Source: Nanopusillaceae archaeon (GTDB lineage: Archaea > Nanobdellota > Nanobdellia > Nanobdellales > Nanobdellaceae). Taken from it: DNA of 12,580 bases. The notes beneath the pieces were generated by a model, which saw nothing but the letters and a program-made list of their open reading frames with translations, was not told the DNA's origin and did no database searches. Where the stretch lies: the NCBI GenBank assembly GCA_038833255.1, contig JAWBIX010000010.1:1-12580 (forward strand), read 5' to 3'. Below, piece after piece: positions 1-5,412 of this stretch (position 1 is its first letter; each line of letters opens with the position of its first letter). Both the position numbers and the translations under genes were made by a program.

Positions 1-239
1 AAATAATTTGCCTCTGGAGTACTTCCTTTTCCAAAATCAAGAATATTATGAGTATGTGTTAAAGCGGAAACAAGAATATTTCTAATTCTTTCTGAATGAA
101 TTCTCACATCTCTTAATATTCCTATAGTATTGTCTTCTGAAAAAAACTTTCCTATCGCTAAACCAATTTTAAAAATAATTTCGTCTGTTAAATCCACATT
201 ATATTTTCCTCTTATATCATAAAGTTTGAATATCCCCAT
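1..239 (-). CDS. alpha-D-phosphohexomutase (phosphomannomutase/phosphoglucomutase/GlmM family), N-terminal fragment running off the window
   Basis: Not in the ORF track because it is open at the window edge. The reverse complement of 1..239 reads MGIFKLYDIRGKYNVDLTDEIIFKIGLAIGKFFSEDNTIGILRDVRIHSERIRNILVSALTHTHNILDFGKGSTPEANY. The FK-YDIRG start followed by IG-AIG and RD-R-S is the usual N-terminus of this family. The catalytic Ser loop would lie beyond the window. ATG 237-239 overlaps the TAA of the upstream ORF by 1 nt (TAATG on the minus strand). Confidence 0.7.
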   Translation of the reverse strand, partial: MGIFKLYDIRGKYNVDLTDEIIFKIGLAIGKFFSEDNTIGILRDVRIHSERIRNILVSALTHTHNILDFGKGSTPEANY

Positions 240-664
240 TATTTTAATTTTAATAAAGGTATTTTTTTCTTATAAGATAAATAAACATAAATTATTGATA
301 CTATTCCTATAATTATAAGTAAAATTCCTGTTATTAATGATGCCACGCTTCTTTCAATATAATAAATGTATAATGCTAAAATAAAAAGAAAAACAAAAAT
401 TATTGTTGTAAGTATTACTTGATGTTTAGATGCATATAAATTAAAATTATATTCAACTAAATACGGTACTTTTTCTTTATAAGATAAATAAGAAAAAATT
501 AAAATAGCTATAAAAATTAATATAAAAATTGATATAATTACTAAATCATAAAAAGAAGTTCCAATCAAATATAAATCCAAAAATATTGCAGATGTTATAA
601 TTATAAAAAATACTAAAATTATGTAAAAATACTGTTTTGGTATATAAATATTTTTTTCTTCCAT
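239..664 (-). CDS. hypothetical integral membrane protein, 4 predicted TM helices built from an internal 69-residue duplication
   Basis: The 141-aa ORF is almost entirely hydrophobic, in four segments. Each half ends in the same motif: SYLSYKEKVPYL and VYLSYKKKIPLL. It is translationally coupled to the downstream phosphohexomutase gene. I recognise no family. Confidence 0.55.
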   Translation of the reverse strand: MEEKNIYIPKQYFYIILVFFIIITSAIFLDLYLIGTSFYDLVIISIFILIFIAILIFSYLSYKEKVPYLVEYNFNLYASKHQVILTTIIFVFLFILALYIYYIERSVASLITGILLIIIGIVSIIYVYLSYKKKIPLLKLK

Positions 665-694
665 TTTAATATTTAAATTGAAAATCTTTTAAAA

Positions 695-743
695 TCTGAG
701 CTCAAGACCCTCATCATTTTTCAGCCGATGAGTTTTTCTTCAT
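695..743 (-). ncRNA. candidate box C/D sRNA (2'-O-methylation guide) with dual guides against tRNA-Leu
   Basis: Minus strand 743->695 reads AUGAAGA(C)-AAAACUCAUCGG-CUGA(D')-AAA-AUGAUGA(C')-GGGUCUUGAGCU-CAGA(D). Both spacers are exactly 12 nt and the D'-C' linker is 3-4 nt, which is the canonical archaeal C/D architecture. The internal boxes are perfect. The terminal boxes each differ from consensus at one position. Both guides are complementary to the tRNA-Leu at 3110..3209 (details in findings). Box C contains the UGA stop of the DHH gene. Confidence 0.6.
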
Positions 744-1621
744 TTAGAATTATTATTAATAAAGAATTCTTTAATCTTTTCTATAACTTTTTCCTTATTA
801 TCAAATTGAAAACCTGCTGCATAAAGATGTCCTCCACCACCCAAATACTTTGCTATTTCTAAAACATTTTTATTTGTAGTTGTTCTGATCTCCCCTCTAT
901 TTTCATAAAGAATTATCACATAGTCTAAACTTTCTCCTATTTTTTTCTTTAGAATGTCTAAAATTAAAAAAGAGGGAATGTTATCGTCAATTTCAACAGT
1001 CACAATTTTATTATTTTTAAAATTATGTATTTTTGTTGACAAAATAACTTCATCTTCTTTATTCTTTATATACTCTCTAAATTTCTTTAATATATGCTCT
1101 CTTTTTTCAATAATTTTATCTATTCTTTCTCCTAAATATAATTCTTTTGCTATTGATATAAAAAAGATAGGATATGTCTTAGGATTATAAAATCTTATAG
1201 CTGAAACTAGATCCCTAAAATCCCTTTCAATTTCTTCTTTTATATTATTTGAATCTATGTTATCTGCAATTTTAACTATGGGATCTTCTAAGTTAAAATA
1301 TCTTGCCACAACTGCTGCAGCAGATTTTTCATTTAGAATATATATGTTAACTCTAGACGTCTTTTCAAAACTATTTACGAAATGATGATCTATCCATGTT
1401 GCTTTTTTAAAACAAGATGCTAAAAAAATTCCTTCTTGATTTGGAGATATATCTGCAATATATAGTTCTTCATTATTTTTCCCTTCATAAATTAATTTTG
1501 CTAGGGTTTTGTTTATTATTCTAGGTCCAGAGAAATATACTTTAAATGTATCTCCAAATTTTTTATAAAATAAATATAAACAAAGTAATCCATCTACATC
1601 CCAATGTGTTATTAAAATCAT
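740..1621 (-). CDS. DHH/DHHA1 family phosphoesterase (NrnA-like nanoRNase/pAp phosphatase type)
   Basis: 293 aa. Motif I is HWDVDG near the N-terminus, followed by an acidic motif YIADIS and motif III WIDHH. The C-terminal DHHA1 signature is GGGGHLYAAGF. The size fits the small single-module DHH enzymes rather than RecJ/GAN. Confidence 0.8.
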   Translation of the reverse strand: MILITHWDVDGLLCLYLFYKKFGDTFKVYFSGPRIINKTLAKLIYEGKNNEELYIADISPNQEGIFLASCFKKATWIDHHFVNSFEKTSRVNIYILNEKSAAAVVARYFNLEDPIVKIADNIDSNNIKEEIERDFRDLVSAIRFYNPKTYPIFFISIAKELYLGERIDKIIEKREHILKKFREYIKNKEDEVILSTKIHNFKNNKIVTVEIDDNIPSFLILDILKKKIGESLDYVIILYENRGEIRTTTNKNVLEIAKYLGGGGHLYAAGFQFDNKEKVIEKIKEFFINNNSK

Positions 1622-1638
1622 ATAAAAAATAAAAGATT

Positions 1639-3069
1639 TTATCTACCTGCCGAAATGTTATTTCTAACTCCAGTTCTATTTAATTCTTCACAAGGTACAA
1701 TTCTCCAAAGTGGAGGGACATTACATGGTGTTGGAAATTCTAAACATCTTCCAAAAGGATTACATGCACATACTATTACTTGTGCACACATTTTTTCTTC
1801 CCTAATACGGTTAATAATTCTTAATCTGGCTAATTCTAATAATTTTTCTTTAATTTGCAAAGGATCAGGCATCCATATTGTTATTCTTTCCTCTATTAAT
1901 TCTTTATCTGATGTAAGATTTTCAAAAACTTTTCTATAGGCTCTAGCTATATTCTCTCTTATAATATCTATTTGCTGTTTTTTAAAATCTTTAACAAAAA
2001 TTTCTTTATTCCATCTATATTTATTTATTTCTGATAAACAGTTTAAAATTTCTTTATATGTGTCTTCTTTATTTTCATTAATTATACTAGCTACTTTATA
2101 ATAACACTCTTTATATTCTTCAGGAATATCTTCTAATCTTAGTATAATATCAACAAAAATATCATATATTCTTTCCTTTAATATATTTGTTAACCTTTCC
2201 GTTACTTTCTTTCTTTTTTCTATCATTTCATGATAAACGAAGTTTTCCCTAAATTTTAATACATCTGATAAATTCAATATAATTACAGAGATATTTTGCT
2301 CTTTTAAATATTCTTCACTGATATTTTCTAAAGGAACAATCTCAATACATCTTCCATAAATTAATATCTCTTGTGTTAAATTCCATAAAGCATCTGAGGG
2401 AACTCCTATCCTTAAAACATTACAATTCTTTGCTAACTTTTCTCTTTTTATTTCATAACTTATATTTAGAGATTCTAATTCTTCAGGAATATCTCCTAAA
2501 TTTCCAGTAATTGTAAATATTTTAACTCTTTTTACTCCCAAAGATATAAGTGCATCTAATACATTTTTTTCAAGATTTCCTGGAGTTGTAATAAGCAACG
2601 GAACTTTATTATTTATAGAATATTCTACCGCTTCTCTAACTAAACTTAAAATTCTAAAATTGGCTCTCTCATTAGCTAATTCTTCAGTAATTAATACTGC
2701 TTCTTCTGAATTTTCCCAAAAGTATTTGGCGACTAAAGCTGATGTTTCGAATCTTTCTACACCCCAAATTCTTATAACATTATATCCTAAATCAATTAAT
2801 TCTTTTTCTACATTAAAAGATACTACTGCTGGACCACCAATAATTAAAATCTCCGTTATATTTAATTCTCTTAATTTATTTATAGTTTCATTAGAAAGCT
2901 TATCTCTTTCTAAAAGAATTTGTGGATATCCAAAAATTTCTGATACAACTTTTGCCAATATTGTATCTGCATAAGTTATTTTTGTTGTTGCTAAAACAGT
3001 TTCTGCGCTGATAGGTGTAAATAAAACTAGGCAAGAAGATATAATAACAATTATTTTCCTAATGTCCAT
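1639..3069 (-). CDS. secreted protein with N-terminal signal peptide, putative cell-wall-binding (CWB2-like) repeats, a helical charged region and a Cys-rich C-terminus
   Basis: 476 aa. The N-terminus MDIRKIIVIISSCLVLFTPISA-E looks like a signal peptide. YADTILAKVV..PQILLERDKLSNETINKLRELNITEILIIGGPAVVSFNVEKEL and RIWGVERFETSALVAKYF match the CWB2 repeat pattern (A-a-a-pilL...l...l-I-GG-aVs ; RI-G-dRyeTs-iA). A second repeat (VPLLITTPGNLEKNVLDALISLGVKRVKIF) and a third degenerate repeat follow. The last about 50 aa carry 6 Cys. Confidence 0.55.
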   Translation of the reverse strand: MDIRKIIVIISSCLVLFTPISAETVLATTKITYADTILAKVVSEIFGYPQILLERDKLSNETINKLRELNITEILIIGGPAVVSFNVEKELIDLGYNVIRIWGVERFETSALVAKYFWENSEEAVLITEELANERANFRILSLVREAVEYSINNKVPLLITTPGNLEKNVLDALISLGVKRVKIFTITGNLGDIPEELESLNISYEIKREKLAKNCNVLRIGVPSDALWNLTQEILIYGRCIEIVPLENISEEYLKEQNISVIILNLSDVLKFRENFVYHEMIEKRKKVTERLTNILKERIYDIFVDIILRLEDIPEEYKECYYKVASIINENKEDTYKEILNCLSEINKYRWNKEIFVKDFKKQQIDIIRENIARAYRKVFENLTSDKELIEERITIWMPDPLQIKEKLLELARLRIINRIREEKMCAQVIVCACNPFGRCLEFPTPCNVPPLWRIVPCEELNRTGVRNNISAGR

Positions 3070-3109
3070 TTATATATAAACAGCAAAAAGACATATATAA
3101 TTAACATAT

Positions 3110-3209
3110 TGCGGGGGCGGGGATTTGAACCCCGGACGGGCCTAAACCCATCGGGTCTCTTACTTTTCGGTCTTAAGCCCGACCCCTTTGACCTCTCGGG
3201 CACCCCCGC
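3110..3209 (-). tRNA. tRNA-Leu (anticodon UAA), class II long variable arm, with a 15-nt intron at the canonical 37/38 position; no encoded CCA
   Basis: Minus strand reads GCGGGGG-UG-CCC-GAGAGGUCAAA-GGG-G-UCGGG-CUUAAG[ACCGAAAAGUAAGAG]A-CCCGA-UGGGUUUAGGCCCGUC-CGGGG-UUCAAAU-CCCCG-CCCCCGC-A. There is a perfect 7-bp acceptor stem, a 5-bp T stem with UUCAAAU loop, a 3-bp D stem typical of class II tRNAs, a 16-nt variable region, and discriminator A73. The intron folds into a bulge-helix-bulge motif. Confidence 0.92.
3157..3171 (-). other. tRNA intron (15 nt) in a bulge-helix-bulge splice motif
   Basis: CUUA (positions 32-35) pairs with UAAG inside the intron to give the 4-bp central helix. It is flanked on opposite strands by two identical 3-nt bulges, AGA and AGA. 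Cleavage after the second bulge nucleotide yields a 7-nt loop CUUAAGA. Because the intron starts with A and is followed by A, the boundaries can shift by 1 nt without changing the product. Confidence 0.8.
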
Positions 3210-3227
3210 TTATTCAATTAATTTAGG

Positions 3228-3250
3228 ATAAAGAATTTTAAATGCTTTAT
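3228..3250. promoter_or_regulatory. putative shared bidirectional archaeal promoter (BRE-TATA-BRE palindrome) for tRNA-Leu (-) and rps8e (+)
   Basis: ATAAAGAATTTTAAATGCTTTAT is a near-perfect palindrome with ATAAAG/CTTTAT arms around ATTTTAAAT. The A/T octamer is centred about 26 nt from ATG 3266 on the plus side and about 27-30 nt from the tRNA 5' end (3209) on the minus side. A purine-rich AAAG element sits upstream of the TATA in both orientations. Confidence 0.4.
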
Positions 3251-3265
3251 TATCTAATTCAATTA

Positions 3266-3688
3266 ATGGTAACAATTTACAAAAAACTTGGATTATCGAT
3301 TTATCAAGGAAGAGATTGGAGAAAAGAAAGTGGTAAAAAGATTACTCCATTTAAAAAAAAGAGAAAATATGAATATGGAAGATTTCCTATATTAACAAAA
3401 ATAGGTAATGATGAACTAAGATATGCTGTAAGAACAAAGGGAGGACTAATTAAAATAAAATTAAAAAATGCTGTTTATGCAAATGTTTTAGATCCTGAAA
3501 CTAAGATAGTAAAAAAAGCTAAAATAATTGATGTTGTAAAAAATCCTTCTGATAGAAATTTAGACAGAATGAAGGTTATAACTAAAAATTGTATTATAAA
3601 AACAGAGATTGGAGATGCTATAGTAACTTCAAGACCAGGTCAGGATGGAGTAATAAATGCTATACTTATAAAGCCTCAAGGAAAATAA
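3266..3688 (+). CDS. rps8e: 30S ribosomal protein S8e
   Basis: LSIYQGRDWRKESGKK..., ...KIKLKNAVYANVLDPETK... and IVTSRPGQDGVINAILI match the S8e family pattern (QGR--RK-SGG ; YANV-DP-T ; VTSRPGQ-G-VNA-L). The ORF-track start at 3242 lies inside the TATA-like element, so I prefer ATG 3266 as a leaderless start. The alternative extent is 3242..3688. Confidence 0.85.
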   Translation: MVTIYKKLGLSIYQGRDWRKESGKKITPFKKKRKYEYGRFPILTKIGNDELRYAVRTKGGLIKIKLKNAVYANVLDPETKIVKKAKIIDVVKNPSDRNLDRMKVITKNCIIKTEIGDAIVTSRPGQDGVINAILIKPQGK

Positions 3689-3719
3689 AAATTTAAATTT
3701 TACTTTATCCTATTTGGAT

Positions 3720-3938
3720 ATGGAAATATCAAGACCTTTAGATATAATAAATCAATCTAAAGGAAAGCTAGTAATAGTAGAGATGAAAAATGGAAAGCAA
3801 TATAAAGGAAAATTGGTTGCATGGGACGCTCATCCAAATATAGTATTAGAGGATGTGATAGAAATAGATAATAATAATAAGTACCCTTGGATATTTTTGA
3901 GAGGTGATAACGTATCTTGTGTAAAACCGGGTGAGTAG
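3720..3938 (+). CDS. Sm-like archaeal protein (SmAP/LSm)
   Basis: RPLDIINQSKGKLVIVEMKNGKQYKGKLVAWDAHPNIVLEDV (Sm1) and IFLRGDNVSCVKP (Sm2) fit the Sm fold motifs (G-L--FD-HMNLVL-D ; RGDN). The track starts at TTG 3714. ATG 3720 sits about 21 nt downstream of TATA-like AATTTAAAT and is the more likely start. The stop TAG overlaps the GTG start of the next gene by 1 nt. Confidence 0.85.
   Translation: MEISRPLDIINQSKGKLVIVEMKNGKQYKGKLVAWDAHPNIVLEDVIEIDNNNKYPWIFLRGDNVSCVKPGE
3929..3934 (+). promoter_or_regulatory. Shine-Dalgarno-like GGGTGA upstream of the GTG start of the GTPase gene
   Basis: GGGTGA lies 3 nt upstream of GTG 3938 and is complementary to the conserved archaeal 16S 3' tail (..UCACCUCC). 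It is the only clear SD-like element I saw, and it precedes an internal operon gene. Confidence 0.4.
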
Positions 3939-5125
3939 TGGTTGTTATAGGAATAGTTGGAAAACCGAATGTTGGTAAATCTACTTTTTTTAGATCAGTT
4001 ACTCTTCTTCCTGTAAAAATAAGTAATTATCCTTTTACAACTGTTCAACCATATGTCGGAACCGGGTACTTAGTTATAGATTGTATAGAATCATATTTTA
4101 AAGTTAAATGCAATCCTAGGAGTGGAACATGTAGAAAGGGAAAGAGATATATACCAGTAGAAATAGTAGATATTCCTGGATTAGTAGAAGAAGCACATAA
4201 GGGAAAGGGACTCGGTAATAAATTTTTAGATGTAATTAGAAATGTTGATGTTTTGCTAAATATAATTGATATTGCAGGTACAACAGATGAAAATGGTAAA
4301 CCTGTTCCAGAGGGAAGTTATAATCCATTAAAAGATTTTGTTTGGGTTGAGAATGAAATAGATACATGGTTCTTTTATAAAATAAAAAATAATATATACA
4401 AAATATACAAAAAATATGGGAATGATGATAAAAAATTAAAGGAAAAAATTCTTATTTTATTTTCTTCTTTTAAAATAAAAAAAGAAATAGTGACTTATGT
4501 AATAGATAAATTTAAGAAATCTATAGAAGAAATAATCAAAGATAATGAAACTTTATTTAGTTTTTGTAGAGAAATAAGAAAAATTGGAAAACCAATGATT
4601 TACATTGCAAACAAAATAGATTTAGAATATGGAAAAAGATACTATAAAAAAGCACTAGAAGAATATTCTGATAAGATAATTATTCCTACTTCAGCTTATG
4701 TTGAACTTGGCTTAAGAATTATGGATATGGAAGGCAAAATAGAATATATTCCTGGAGAAGATATAGAAATTAAAATAAATGATCCTCAAGTAGAAGTTTT
4801 TGTTGAATATGCTAAACACAGCGTCATAGATAAATTTGGAAGTACTGGAGTCCAAGAAGCACTAAATGCGGCCATTTTTAATGCTTTAGGATATATTGCT
4901 GTATGGCCAGTAGCAACTGAAGATCTTAAAGATACTAAAGGAAGAATCCTACCAGATGTAATTTTATTACCGCCGGGATCAAAAGTAAAGGATTTGGCAA
5001 TGAAATTACATACAGATCTATATAATAAGATGATTTTAGCTAAGGAACTAAAAAGTGGTAAAATACTTAAAAAAGAAGATTTATTAGAACATAACGATGT
5101 AATAAATATAATAACTAAAAAATAA
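3938..5125 (+). CDS. Obg/YchF-type P-loop GTPase with C-terminal TGS domain (archaeal YchF/OLA1-like, translation-associated)
   Basis: G1 is GKPNVGKST at the extreme N-terminus, which is YchF-like and unlike DRG. Other motifs are YPFTT (G2), DIPGL (G3) and NKID (G4, hence GTP-type specificity). The C-terminal ILPDVILLPPGSKVKDLAMKLHTDL...LLEHNDVINIITK resembles a TGS domain. GTG start with an SD-like motif. Confidence 0.8.
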   Translation: MVVIGIVGKPNVGKSTFFRSVTLLPVKISNYPFTTVQPYVGTGYLVIDCIESYFKVKCNPRSGTCRKGKRYIPVEIVDIPGLVEEAHKGKGLGNKFLDVIRNVDVLLNIIDIAGTTDENGKPVPEGSYNPLKDFVWVENEIDTWFFYKIKNNIYKIYKKYGNDDKKLKEKILILFSSFKIKKEIVTYVIDKFKKSIEEIIKDNETLFSFCREIRKIGKPMIYIANKIDLEYGKRYYKKALEEYSDKIIIPTSAYVELGLRIMDMEGKIEYIPGEDIEIKINDPQVEVFVEYAKHSVIDKFGSTGVQEALNAAIFNALGYIAVWPVATEDLKDTKGRILPDVILLPPGSKVKDLAMKLHTDLYNKMILAKELKSGKILKKEDLLEHNDVINIITKK

Positions 5126-5129
5126 AATT

Positions 5130-5381
5130 TTAAACTAGTTCCTCTTCAGAAACAACCAAAAAATCTCCAACAGCCTTAACAGAAGAATAAGGAACTATAT
5201 ATCCTTCCTTCGTTTTTTCTAATCCTAATTTTATAGCATTTTCAGTTGGATTTTTTAATATAATATGAATTATTTCTCCTGTTCTCTCATCAAATATAAG
5301 ATCTGCTACTTCTCCTAATTTTCTTCCTTTATCAGTTACTACTGGTCTATTGATTATTGTTGAAGCTTCAATCCTATCCAT
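5130..5381 (-). CDS. PRC-barrel domain protein
   Basis: 83 aa. The pattern INRPVVTDKGRKLGEVADLIFDERTGEIIHIIL ... YIVPYSSVKAVGDFLVV is the typical archaeal stand-alone PRC barrel (V----G--lG-V-D---D---G-i--l-v ... v-a-gd-i-v). Confidence 0.7.
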   Translation of the reverse strand: MDRIEASTIINRPVVTDKGRKLGEVADLIFDERTGEIIHIILKNPTENAIKLGLEKTKEGYIVPYSSVKAVGDFLVVSEEELV

Positions 5382-5412
5382 TCATATATTTTAGTTTATT
5401 ATTATTAAAAAG

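Noticed and set aside
271-491. Direct DNA repeat TATAAGATAAATAA at 271..284 and 478..491, considered as a possible repeat element or att-like site
   Set aside because: Both copies are in frame within one ORF and encode the repeated YLSYK motif. This is an internal protein duplication, not a mobile-element boundary or a CRISPR-like repeat.
710-740. Hairpin CTCATC(710-715)/GATGAG(727-732) followed by TTTTTCTT on the plus strand, resembling an intrinsic terminator
   Set aside because: No plus-strand gene ends upstream of it, and archaea do not rely on hairpin terminators. The complementarity comes from the D' guide (CUCAUC) pairing with box C' (GAUGAG) of the minus-strand C/D sRNA candidate.
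954-1190. 78-aa plus-strand ORF
   Set aside because: It lies entirely antisense within the well-supported DHH phosphoesterase gene and has low-complexity hydrophobic composition, as expected for shadow frames in AT-rich DNA.
1382-1388. Other (A)UGAUGA box-C-like heptamers. Plus strand near 1382, 3409, 4424, 5824, 10030 and 10708. Minus strand near 5287, 5438, 8569 and 10812.
   Set aside because: All lie inside coding regions. None is followed by CUGA at 12 nt or by a second C'/D pair with the right spacing. They are expected by chance in AT-rich sequence with frequent Asp/Glu/Met codons.
1655-1939. 94-aa plus-strand ORF
   Set aside because: Antisense shadow ORF inside the secreted CWB2-like gene. 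No recognisable motifs.
2660-2974. 104-aa plus-strand ORF
   Set aside because: Antisense shadow ORF inside the secreted CWB2-like gene, opposite the region that carries clear CWB2 repeat motifs.
3242-3265. N-terminal extension MLYYLIQL of the S8e ORF (the track start)
   Set aside because: ATG 3242 lies inside the TATA-like palindrome. S8e proteins begin only a few residues before the QGR motif. ATG 3266 sits at leaderless distance from the TATA box. I kept 3242 as an alternative only.
3714-3719. TTG start for the Sm-like protein (track start)
   Set aside because: An in-frame ATG follows two codons later (3720), at the expected leaderless distance from an upstream TATA-like box. There is no SD-like motif to support the TTG.
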